A stretch of DNA of 32,000 nt, taken from contig OY760183.1 of NCBI GenBank assembly GCA_963663275.1, forward strand, positions 1,083,683 to 1,115,682, written 5' to 3'. Source of the stretch: Chloroflexota bacterium. Its GTDB lineage: Bacteria > Chloroflexota > UBA11872 > VXOZ01. This document shows positions 15,713-23,122 of the stretch, piece by piece (position 1 is the first letter of the stretch; every line of letters begins with the position of its first letter). Under the pieces are notes generated by a model. That model had not been told where the DNA came from and did not search any database. It was given only the letters and a program-made list of their open reading frames with translations. Both the position numbers and the translations under genes were made by a program.

Positions 15713-16000
15713 CTATTCCGAAACGTTCAACGCCGCCAGTTGCTCCTGCAGATTGGCCAGGATGTCTTGCGGCTTGGCGACCTTCTCGGACTTGCGCAGT
15801 GTCAGCCGCCACTCCGAGTTGGCGGCGTCCTCGATGGTCGTCTCGTAGCCGTTCTTGGCCGCTTCCCACGGAATGGTGCCCAGGGCCGGCGCGTGGTCGG
15901 TGAGCACCTCCAGGTTCTCGTCGCCGTCCAGCTTCTTTAGCGCCTCGGCGGTTTTCATCATGGGATACGGGCAGATTTCACCGCGCACGTCGATTTTCAT
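15713..16000 (-). CDS. yeeD: TusA/YeeD-family sulfur-carrier protein
   Basis: 95 aa. The N-terminal KIDVRGEICPYPMMKTAEAL carries the C-P-x-P active-site motif of the TusA/SirA family. AGGAG lies 9 nt upstream. It sits directly downstream of a YeeE/YedE gene, as in the yeeE-yeeD pair. Confidence 0.85.
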   Translation of the reverse strand: MKIDVRGEICPYPMMKTAEALKKLDGDENLEVLTDHAPALGTIPWEAAKNGYETTIEDAANSEWRLTLRKSEKVAKPQDILANLQEQLAALNVSE

Positions 16001-16074
16001 AGTTGAGCGCTCCTTTCTCTCTCGAACATCATCCTAACACAGTTGCAAGGCTTCTCCACCGCAAAGCGCGCACG

Positions 16075-17331
16075 TCACGCCAGCCGTTTGATCACGCGCA
16101 CGCCCAGGTACGCGCCCGGCAGCAGGGAAAGGCCGAATATCCAGCCGTTCAGCCCCAGCGAGGGAATGGCGGAGAAGAACGCGCCGATGGTGCAGCCAAT
16201 CGCGATACCGGCGCCGTAGCCCATGAAGACGCCGCCGATGGCCGACTGCGCGTAGCGCCGCTTCAGCGGCGGGAAGCGCACTTTGAACTCGTTGGCCAGC
16301 AGCGCCGCCACCAGCGCGCCGATGATGAGACCGCCGTCCAGGAACAAGCCCTCGCTCGTCCACCACGAACCCGCGCCGACCGCGAGATTGCAGCCGGCGA
16401 GACCGTCCACCCCGAGCAGGGCCGGCGCTTGGATGCGCAAGAGGCCGCTCGCGATGCGGTCCGACCACGCGGAGAGTTCGCCGGTCACGCCCAGCGGGCG
16501 GGAGTAGACGTAGATGAAGACGTTGACCACCGCCAGGGCCAGCGCGCCGGCGGCAATCGGCCAGCCTTTCACGAACACCGTGTCGTATAGTTGCCGCAAC
16601 TTATCGCCAAACGTCAGCGGCGGCATCTCGCTCTTGCCGCCCAGGGCAAAGTTCGGCATGGGACCCGCGCGGTACTCCCACCAATAGCTCAGGAGCACGA
16701 TGCCGGCCAGCACCAGCAGCGTGAGCGCCACGCCGCCGCCGTAGCCCACCCATTTGGGCAGGAAGACCGTCGGCATGTGCTTGATGTGGTTCGTCCACCA
16801 CCAGTTCCAGGTGAGGGTTGAGAGATACAAGCCTGCCAGGATACCGCCCATCGACGCCCAAGAGGCCACATAGCCCTCGCCGATGCGGTACATGGTGCCC
16901 GAGACGCAGCCGCCGGCAATCACCATGCCAAACCCAAAGGCAATACCGCCTACCACCAGGTGCAGTCCGATGGGAATCACGTGCGCCGCGGCGGGCAGCG
17001 CGCCAAACGACGGCTCCGGTACCATCATCTGCATCACCAGCCAGAAGCCGATGGTGGCGACGCCGATGGCGACCGCCAACGCGCGCATGGTGCTGGGGTC
17101 GCGCATGAGGAAGATGTCGCGGAAGCCGGAGGCAAAGCACAACCGGCTGCGCTGCAGGATGACGCCAAACGCCAACCCAAAGAGCCACATCACGGCCAGC
17201 GTGGCGTTCACGACCGCCAGATACGTGAGGAAGAGCAGCACCGCCGCCACGACGCCGGCGCGCATGACGACCCGCGCCGTGAAACGCTGCCCCAATCCGG
17301 TTGCCTCGCGGGCTTCAACGCTTGTGCTCAT
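16075..17331 (-). CDS. yeeE: YeeE/YedE-family sulfur (thiosulfate) transport membrane protein
   Basis: 418-aa polytopic membrane ORF with internally duplicated halves and conserved Cys-containing stretches (RSRLCFASGF, GGCVSG, AIGCTIGAFF). GGAG lies 6 nt upstream of the ATG at 17331. Confidence 0.85.
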   Translation of the reverse strand: MSTSVEAREATGLGQRFTARVVMRAGVVAAVLLFLTYLAVVNATLAVMWLFGLAFGVILQRSRLCFASGFRDIFLMRDPSTMRALAVAIGVATIGFWLVMQMMVPEPSFGALPAAAHVIPIGLHLVVGGIAFGFGMVIAGGCVSGTMYRIGEGYVASWASMGGILAGLYLSTLTWNWWWTNHIKHMPTVFLPKWVGYGGGVALTLLVLAGIVLLSYWWEYRAGPMPNFALGGKSEMPPLTFGDKLRQLYDTVFVKGWPIAAGALALAVVNVFIYVYSRPLGVTGELSAWSDRIASGLLRIQAPALLGVDGLAGCNLAVGAGSWWTSEGLFLDGGLIIGALVAALLANEFKVRFPPLKRRYAQSAIGGVFMGYGAGIAIGCTIGAFFSAIPSLGLNGWIFGLSLLPGAYLGVRVIKRLA

Positions 17332-17378
17332 GGTTACTCCAAGACGAGACCGCTAATCCAGGAAATCTGTCCCACTCC

Positions 17379-17403
17379 GTCATTCCCGCGCTCGCGGGAA
17401 TCC
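17379..17403. repeat. REP-like hairpin, family G (gtcattcccgcgctcgcgggaatcc)
   Basis: Near-perfect palindrome attcccgcg..cgcgggaat within the predicted 5' leader of yeeE. Single copy in the window. Confidence 0.6.
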
Positions 17404-17475
17404 ATCTTTTTCCCACACGTACTCTCCATACAATAGAGTAACCAAACCCGCGCCACACACCCTCGCTTCTCTCCT

Positions 17476-17504
17476 ATTATGACTTAGTTGCTCCAATTTA
17501 TCAA
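17476..17504 (-). promoter_or_regulatory. Sigma70-like promoter for the yeeE-yeeD operon
   Basis: On the minus strand: TTGATA (17504-17499), a 17-nt spacer, then CATAAT (17481-17476), within an unusually AT-rich patch. It predicts a leader of about 138 nt. Confidence 0.45.
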
Positions 17505-17703
17505 GTATATGCCCGCCCGGGCCGGCGGCGCGGGCGTTCGTTTGACACTACCGCCCTACTCCCGCTAGCGTGGTGACGTTCACCGCCACGCTGGAAAGGC
17601 CGCGGCGGTACCGCGCTTGCCCGGCGGACGACGCTCCAACAACGCATCTGGCAAAGTGAGGCAAACCCGTGCTGAGACTACACATTCCCTTCCGGGAGCA
17701 GCC

Positions 17704-18381
17704 ATGAGACGCGGGTACGCAATGGCGCAGGCGCTCTGCCTCACGCTCTTTCCGCTGAGCTTTCTCCTGCTGAGCAACACGGGACTCCATCCCGGCTACG
17801 CCGGAACCGCGGCCGAGCAAATCCAGGGACTGGCGGCGGAAGCGGCCCGCTGGCGCTGGGTGCACCTGGGCATGGCCGGGGGCAGCCTGCTCGGTCTCGG
17901 CGGGCTTTTCGCGCTGCGGTCGTTGCTGCCGCGGCCCCATGTTGCCGTGCACGTTGTCACGGCGTTCGGTGTGGTGGGCGCGGCGCTGCTCACGGGGATC
18001 TTCACGCTGGAGGCAACGCTGATACCGGCGCTCGCGCTGGCGTGCGTGGAGGCCGCCGCGGCGTGCCTGGCGCCGGCAAACGCGGCGTTCGTGGAGCGAT
18101 TCGCCGACCTCGCGCTCAACCGGGTGCCGCTCTTGTTTCAGGGCGGGAGCGCTTTGCTGGCGTCCTATTTCGCGCTGGCCGCCATGGGCTTGCGCCGGCG
18201 GGCGCTGGCGGGCCGCGAGGCGCTGCCCCTGCTCGTCGGGACGGCTCTCGTCTTCCTCTACGGTCCCGGGTTGCACGGCGCGCCGGTGGGACTGCCCTTC
18301 TTTGGGTTTCTCGCCATGCTTGGCGGCGGCATGGCGCTCTCTATCCGTCTCTTGCGGGCGCCCCGCGTGTGCGCGGGATGA
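17704..18381 (+). CDS. Hypothetical polytopic membrane protein (about 225 aa)
   Basis: ORF 17617-18381; the internal ATG at 17704 gives MRRGYAMAQALCLTLFPLSFLLL.... There are several hydrophobic segments and G/C-rich third positions. No family recognised. Confidence 0.55.
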   Translation: MRRGYAMAQALCLTLFPLSFLLLSNTGLHPGYAGTAAEQIQGLAAEAARWRWVHLGMAGGSLLGLGGLFALRSLLPRPHVAVHVVTAFGVVGAALLTGIFTLEATLIPALALACVEAAAACLAPANAAFVERFADLALNRVPLLFQGGSALLASYFALAAMGLRRRALAGREALPLLVGTALVFLYGPGLHGAPVGLPFFGFLAMLGGGMALSIRLLRAPRVCAG

Positions 18382-18393
18382 CGTTGCTCAGGC

Positions 18394-18415
18394 GGGGGAC
18401 AAGCCCCCGCGCTAC
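18394..18415. repeat. REP family A copy
   Basis: gggggacaagcccccgcgctac, immediately after the membrane-protein stop. Confidence 0.85.
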
Positions 18416-18476
18416 GGGGCCGCTTGCGCGCGCCGCCCGCGGCTGCGCCGGTTGGAAACGCGGGCGGGAAGGGCAA

Positions 18477-18505
18477 TTGAGCGAGACGGCGGCCGCTGGT
18501 ACAAT
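18477..18505 (+). promoter_or_regulatory. Sigma70-like promoter upstream of tRNA-Pro
   Basis: TTGAGC (18477-18482), a 17-nt spacer, then TACAAT (18500-18505). It lies about 110 nt upstream of the tRNA 5' end. Confidence 0.4.
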
Positions 18506-18621
18506 AGGTGAGGTGTGACTCTGCCGGACGCGGCGCGCTTGCGGGCGGGCAACCGCTGCGGCGCGCGCGGCCTGTGCCTCGCGGAATTCGCGCGGCATGG
18601 GCGGGGAAACCGGCGGCAGAA

Positions 18622-18698
18622 CGGGGTGTGGCGCAGCCTGGTAGCGCGCTTGAATGGGGTTCAAGAGGTCCCCGGTTCAAATCCGGGCACCCCGACCA
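18622..18698 (+). tRNA. tRNA-Pro, anticodon GGG, with encoded CCA
   Basis: Manual cloverleaf: acceptor CGGGGTG/CACCCCG, D stem GCGC/GCGC, anticodon stem CTTGA/TCAAG with loop AT-GGG-GT, 5-nt variable loop, T stem CCCGG/CCGGG with loop TTCAAAT, discriminator A, CCA. Total 77 nt. Confidence 0.93.
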
Positions 18699-18793
18699 CA
18701 GACAGAACCAGCCTTCTTTCCCCTAGATGACCCTTGCATTCGCCTTCTTCCTAAAAGGCAGAAGGTTTGGATGGGGGATGAATCATCTCGAAA

Positions 18794-18861
18794 GTATGTT
18801 TCTATTGGTTGCAACAGTGCCTGGATTCCGGCTTTCGCCGGAATGACGGAGTTGTGCAAAG
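18794..18861. repeat. Repeat family F (..ttgcaacagtgcctggattccggctttcgccggaatgacggagttgtgcaaag)
   Basis: Hairpin attccggc-tttc-gccggaat. A second, diverged copy lies at 22911-22993. Confidence 0.7.
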
Positions 18862-18878
18862 TTCTCCAACCGCGCAAC

Positions 18879-19724
18879 TCAGACCGTTTGCAGCGGCACT
18901 ATCGTGTGGTCGGCCAGCGTCTCGTTCAGCGAGCCCGAGCGGTAGCCTTGCATGTCCAGGGCCACGTACTTGAAGCCGATCTCTTGCAGCGCCGTCACCG
19001 CTTGGGTGTGGGTGTCGTTCTGGAAGAGCCGGGGCAGGTCTTCCGGCGGCGCTTCGATGCGGGCAATGTCGCCGTGGTGGCGCACGCGCACCAGGCGGAA
19101 GCCCAGTTTATGCAGGAAGTGCTCGGCCTGGTCTACCTGGCGCAGCTTTTCCAGCGTCACGCGGCTGCCGTAGGGAATGCGCGAGGCCAGGCACGCGCCG
19201 CCGGGCTTATCCCACGTGGGCAGCCCCAGTTCCTTGGAAAGCTGCCGGATTTCGTGCTTCTGCAGTTCGGCTTCCACCAGCGGCGCGCGGGCGTCGAGCA
19301 TTTTCGCCGCCTCCATGCCCGGCCGGTGATCGCCCAGGTCGTCCATGATGCCGCCGTAGACGATCGTTTCGAATTCTTCCGCCTGGGCGATGAGTTGCAT
19401 CTCGGTGAAGAGTTCTTTCTTGCAGTAGAAGCAACGGTCCGGGTTGTTGACGGCGTACTCCTCTTTTTCAAGCTCGTGGGTTTCGATCAGGCGGTGCTCG
19501 ATGCCGATCTCCGCCGCATAACGCTTGGCTTCTTCAAGTTCCGTGGCCGGATAGGTCGGCGAGAGCGCCGTGAGCGCCACCGCGTCCCGGCCCAGCACGC
19601 CATGGGCAACCTTCGCCAGGAAGGTGCTGTCCACGCCGCCGGAGAAGGCGATGAGCGTGCGCCCCATGCCGCCGATGAGATGCTTCAGGTTGTCGTATTT
19701 TTCATCCAGCGCTACCACAGCCAT
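18879..19724 (-). CDS. larE: LarE-like PP-loop ATP-dependent sulfur transferase (TIGR00268-type), three-Cys variant
   Basis: ORF 18879-19766; ATG at 19724 lies 9 nt downstream of GGGAGG. PP-loop LIAFSGGVDSTF, CFYCKKELF, and GGACLASRIPYG (position of the LarE active-site Cys). The antisense 385-aa ORF 18654-19811 is a shadow. Confidence 0.85.
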   Translation of the reverse strand: MAVVALDEKYDNLKHLIGGMGRTLIAFSGGVDSTFLAKVAHGVLGRDAVALTALSPTYPATELEEAKRYAAEIGIEHRLIETHELEKEEYAVNNPDRCFYCKKELFTEMQLIAQAEEFETIVYGGIMDDLGDHRPGMEAAKMLDARAPLVEAELQKHEIRQLSKELGLPTWDKPGGACLASRIPYGSRVTLEKLRQVDQAEHFLHKLGFRLVRVRHHGDIARIEAPPEDLPRLFQNDTHTQAVTALQEIGFKYVALDMQGYRSGSLNETLADHTIVPLQTV

Positions 19725-19828
19725 CGGTCTAGCCTCCCGGGACATTCCTCGTTTTCCATCTATCAATTTGCCGGCATAAGCGGCCGGCGTTGTCGATGCG
19801 CCGCTGCGTGAGCCGGTACCACATAGTC

Positions 19829-19863
19829 ATTCTACGTGAATCGCGTCACAGTTGCGTCACAGT
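19829..19863 (-). promoter_or_regulatory. Putative larE promoter -10 (TAGAAT) with a tandem 11-bp direct repeat at the -35 region
   Basis: On the minus strand: TAGAAT (19834-19829). gcgtcacagt occurs twice at 19843-19852 and 19854-19863 (period 11 bp) immediately upstream. Confidence 0.3.
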
Positions 19864-19926
19864 GCGCCGCCAGCGTTTTGGCTAGCGCAAAGAAACGTGC
19901 GCATCGCGGCGCGCGCGGCGCGAGCT

Positions 19927-20478
19927 TTAGAATATGTCGACCGGATCCAACGTAAAGCCGCGCACCGTAGGCGAGGTGATTTCCTGCCCGGGGCCGTAGA
20001 CGCCCGCGACGGCAAAGCGGTGCTCTTCCAGCAGCAGCAGGGTCACGGTTCCGGCGTCCGGGTCTACCAGCCAGTACTCTTTCACGCCGTGCGCGGCGTA
20101 GAGCGCCCGCTTGAACGACCGGTCGCGGGCGGCGGTGGCGGGAGAAAGGATTTCAACAACCATGTCGGGCGCGCCCCGAACGTTTTCGCCGCCGCGCAGC
20201 ACGCGCTCGCGTTCTCTGGCAACGAAAACCAGGTCCGGCTGGACGACGTCGGTGTCCGACAGCACCACGTCGCAGGGCGCGGCAAAGACCTCTCCCAGGC
20301 CTCGCTCCCGCGCGAACACGTGCAAGAGCGCGCCCAGCCGCATGGCGACTCGCTGGTGGGAGAGGCGCGGCGCCGGCGCCACTACTAACGCTCCGTCCAA
20401 GAGTTCGTAGCGCTCATCGTCCGGCGTATCCCGATAGTCGTCATAGGTCAACTTGATTGCAGGCGTGGAACTCGCCAT
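19927..20478 (-). CDS. Uma2-family (DUF820) putative restriction-endonuclease-fold protein
   Basis: 183 aa with family-typical YELLDG, VVQPDLVFV, PDMVVEILSP and GVKEYWLVDP. AGGAAGG lies 5 nt upstream of the ATG at 20478. Confidence 0.9.
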   Translation of the reverse strand: MASSTPAIKLTYDDYRDTPDDERYELLDGALVVAPAPRLSHQRVAMRLGALLHVFARERGLGEVFAAPCDVVLSDTDVVQPDLVFVARERERVLRGGENVRGAPDMVVEILSPATAARDRSFKRALYAAHGVKEYWLVDPDAGTVTLLLLEEHRFAVAGVYGPGQEITSPTVRGFTLDPVDIF

Positions 20479-20682
20479 GTCTGCCTTCCTGCCTCGCTAG
20501 AGCGACCACGCGGTTGCGAGGGCCGCCGCAGCGGTTGTGGAGACACGTTACCGCCATTGTACGCTAAACGCGGCCGCGCGTCGCCGCCTGGATAGCGGAA
20601 GTCCGCGCATCTCCCAGGACGGCGGGGTTGCCGTGGATGCGCCGGAAGACTCCGGCGCGTACGCTTCAATCCCGCGGCTGCT

Positions 20683-21129
20683 TCACGTCGTATCCGGCAC
20701 AACGCGCAGGGTTGCGGCGGCGATCTCCCCTTGCCGTATCGTGTACCCGCACACGTCCGGCTCGTCCGGGTTCGCCAGCGAAATGACGATGTGCACGGCC
20801 CCCGGGTACCGTTCCGCCAGTTCGCCGTTGCCCAGATCGAACTCGGCCTCGGCTACGTCCGTCGCCGAGGGATAGGCGCGCGAGGCGACGTGGGAGTGGA
20901 ATATGCCCACGATCTGCCAATCCCGCTCGTATTCCACCGCGCGCACGATGCGCAGCAGATCGTTCGGATGGATGGTATAGCGGATCGGGCTGGCGGCGGC
21001 GTTCCGGGCGGGAAAGACCTCCAGCACCGTGCCGTCCGCGCCGCCCAACATGCCGCAGCCCTCGTTGGGCGCGGCCGCGCGCACGTGGGCGACCATCTCA
21101 TCTACCTGCGCTTGCGTAATCCGAAGCAT
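20683..21129 (-). CDS. JAMM/MPN+ (Mov34) metallopeptidase, Mec/CysO-hydrolase-like
   Basis: 148 aa. NEGCGMLGG (Glu) and GIFHSHVASRAYPSATD (H-x-H-x7-S-x2-D JAMM motif). Confidence 0.88.
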   Translation of the reverse strand: MLRITQAQVDEMVAHVRAAAPNEGCGMLGGADGTVLEVFPARNAAASPIRYTIHPNDLLRIVRAVEYERDWQIVGIFHSHVASRAYPSATDVAEAEFDLGNGELAERYPGAVHIVISLANPDEPDVCGYTIRQGEIAAATLRVVPDTT

Positions 21130-21266
21130 GGGCTATCCGCGCCTCATGACCGCGTGCTCGTCGCCGCGTTGCCGCATCTTCAGGTAGCGCGCGGCGGTGT
21201 GTGGCTGCGGGGCGCCGCAAGTGACACCCTTAACGAAGGCTGGGACTAGACCCACAGATTACGCTC

Positions 21267-22121
21267 TCAACCCGTGGCCACGTCCACCGTGCGTTCCACC
21301 GCCGGCATGCCGCAGAAGGCCTCGTAGTCGATCAATTCGGTAATCGTTGGGTTATCGCCGCACACCGGGCAACTGGGATCGCGCCGCAGTTTGACCTCGT
21401 GGAAACTCAGCGCCAGCGCGTCGAAGAGCAGCAGCCGGTTGGTCAGCGTATCGCCGATGCCCAGCAGCAGTTTGGCGGTTTCCACCGCCTGGATGGAGCC
21501 CACGATGCCGGGCAGCACGCCCAGCACGCCGGCCTCCGAGCAGGAGGGCGCCATTTCCGGCGGCGGCGGCTCCGGGTAGAGGCAGCGGTAGCAGCCCTTG
21601 CCGGGCTCGAAGACCGTCGCCTGCCCCTCGAACCGGAAGATGCTGCCGTGCACCACCGGTTTGTTCAGGAAGAGCGCCGCGTCGTTCACCAGGTAGCGCG
21701 TGGGGAAGTTATCCGTGCCGTCCACGATCACGTCGTAGTCGGCGAAGACCTCCATCACGTTATCCGAGTTGAGGTGGTCGGTGTGCGCCACCACGTTCAC
21801 GTCCGGGTTCACCTCGCGCAGGCGATCCTGGGCCGACGCTACTTTGGCGCGGCCCACGTCGGAGTGCCCGTGCAGAATCTGGCGCTGCAAGTTGCTCAGG
21901 TCCACCTCGTCGAAGTCCACGATGCCCAGGGTGCCCACGCCGGCCGCGGCCAGGTAGAGCGCGGCGGGCGAGCCCAGGCCGCCCGCGCCCAATAGCAGCA
22001 CCTTGGCGCTCATCAATTTGCGTTGTCCGATTGGGCCGACCTCAGAGAGGATGATGTGCCGGCTGTAACGCTGGACTTGCTCGGGTGTGAAAAGGCTGCG
22101 CCGCTTGGCGACGGTACTCAT
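21267..22121 (-). CDS. MoeB/ThiF-family E1-like adenylyltransferase
   Basis: 284 aa. RYSRHIIL, VLLLGAGGLGSPAALYLAAAGVG (nucleotide loop), DFDEVDLSNLQRQ, and two CxxC pairs (CYRC, CPVC). A perfect AGGAGG lies 5 nt upstream of the ATG at 22121. No rhodanese domain. Confidence 0.9.
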   Translation of the reverse strand: MSTVAKRRSLFTPEQVQRYSRHIILSEVGPIGQRKLMSAKVLLLGAGGLGSPAALYLAAAGVGTLGIVDFDEVDLSNLQRQILHGHSDVGRAKVASAQDRLREVNPDVNVVAHTDHLNSDNVMEVFADYDVIVDGTDNFPTRYLVNDAALFLNKPVVHGSIFRFEGQATVFEPGKGCYRCLYPEPPPPEMAPSCSEAGVLGVLPGIVGSIQAVETAKLLLGIGDTLTNRLLLFDALALSFHEVKLRRDPSCPVCGDNPTITELIDYEAFCGMPAVERTVDVATG

Positions 22122-22155
22122 GCGTTCCTCCTTCAGCTTATCGGTGTCGGCAAAA

Positions 22156-22593
22156 TCAAATGTAGTAGACGACGCGCTCCTGCCGTTCCTTTTCGCGCGC
22201 CGCCAGGTCGGCGATCGTATGGCGGCTCAGGACCGACTGCACCGCCGCTTGCACCTCGCTCCACACCTCCCGTTGCCCGCACCCCGGCACCAGCGCGCAG
22301 AACTCAGGGTTTTCCAGGCATTCCACCGGCGTGAACGGACCCTCCAGGGTGGAGACGATTAGTTCCATGGTAATCTGATCCGGCGGACGCGCCAGTTCGT
22401 GCCCGCCCTGCGGGCCGCGGGTGCTGCGCACGATGCCGGCCTTGCGCAGCGCGGTAAGGAGTTGGTCCAGGTAGGCTTCCGGTATGTGCTGCCGCCGGGC
22501 GATCGCCGCGCTCTGCACCAGGCCCTGGCCGTGGCGGTGCGCCAGATCGACCGCGGCGCGCACCGCGTAGTCCGCTTTCATCGATATTCGCAT
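22156..22593 (-). CDS. Rrf2-family transcriptional regulator (IscR/CymR-like) with a three-Cys cluster
   Basis: ORF 22156-22635; ATG at 22593 (MRISMKADYAVRAAVDL) with GGAAGAG upstream. Winged-helix N-terminus and C-x6-C-x5-C (VECLENPEFCALVPGC). Confidence 0.88.
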   Translation of the reverse strand: MRISMKADYAVRAAVDLAHRHGQGLVQSAAIARRQHIPEAYLDQLLTALRKAGIVRSTRGPQGGHELARPPDQITMELIVSTLEGPFTPVECLENPEFCALVPGCGQREVWSEVQAAVQSVLSRHTIADLAAREKERQERVVYYI

Positions 22594-22626
22594 GGCGTTG
22601 CTCTTCCGAGGGGCGCGTACCCAATT

Positions 22627-22679
22627 GTTAACCAAAGTTCTTTACTTAACATGATACTGCCTCGCCGCCAGTTGCGCAA
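22627..22679 (-). promoter_or_regulatory. Putative rrf2 promoter plus AT-rich imperfect palindrome (candidate Rrf2 operator)
   Basis: On the minus strand: TTGCGC (22679-22674), a 17-nt spacer, then TATCAT (22656-22651). Downstream lies a 24-bp imperfect palindrome, gttaaccaaa-gttc-tttacttaac (22627-22650, 8/10 arm matches), around the predicted transcription start. Confidence 0.4.
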
Positions 22680-22703
22680 GAGGAGGCCTTTGCAAAGCCC
22701 CTT

Positions 22704-22872
22704 CCCCATCGAGGGCTGACAAGGGTATGTAAACGTCATTCCGAGCGGAGCGAGGAATCTAGGGTGCTGGACTTGCGGGGCTATGCCTTAGATTCCTCTC
22801 TCCGTTACGCTCCGTTCGGAATGACACGTGAAGTCGGTTATAGGATGCATACCCTTGTCAGCCCATCGAGGG
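22704..22872. repeat. MITE-like palindromic element, family D (copy 1)
   Basis: Outer inverted repeats ggctgacaagggtatg / catacccttgtcagcc. Inner inverted arms gtcattccgagcggagcgaggaatctag / tagattcctctctccgttacgctccgttcggaatgac. The second copy lies at 26215-26361. Confidence 0.8.
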
Positions 22873-22910
22873 GAAAGGTTGGGATGGGGGTGAAAAGGCT
22901 TGAAATTAAG

Positions 22911-22993
22911 CCGTCTTTCGTTGCAAGTGCGGTCTGGACTCTGCGCCCGCGCACCGGAGGCGGGCTTTCGCCGGAGTGACAGAGTTGTGCAAA
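22911..22993. repeat. Repeat family F, diverged second copy
   Basis: ...ttgcaagtgcggtctggact...ggcgggctttcgccggagtgacagagttgtgcaaagg aligns with 18794-18861. Confidence 0.6.
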
Positions 22994-23122
22994 GGCCTCA
23001 ATGAGGGAGAGCGCCGCGCGCCGCCGCTCGGAAAGCGCGGTGCCCTGCCGCGCAAGTGTTCATGCGGCGGCGCGGGCGCCGGGGCGCGTTGGAGTCCGTC
23101 CGCGCCGCCGGCCCGCGCTGCT

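Noticed and set aside
18699-18878. Integrated element at the 3' end of tRNA-Pro
   Set aside because: The AT-richer stretch after the tRNA is only about 180 bp. It contains a family F repeat, has no integrase and no duplicated tRNA 3' end, and it most likely just holds the repeat and the larE 3' region.
18654-19811. 385-aa plus-strand ORF overlapping tRNA-Pro and the LarE-like gene
   Set aside because: It starts inside the tRNA gene, crosses a repeat element, and is antisense to a PP-loop enzyme with clear motifs. It is a GC-shadow artefact.
20479-21266. Search for a small ThiS/MoaD/CysO-like carrier ORF (ending Gly-Gly) flanking the JAMM gene
   Set aside because: The gap 21130-21266 can encode at most about 45 aa, and the only ATG-started minus-strand ORF I saw is 14 codons. 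The 84-aa ORF 20448-20702 overlaps the ends of both neighbouring genes, is Arg/Pro-rich and does not end in GG.
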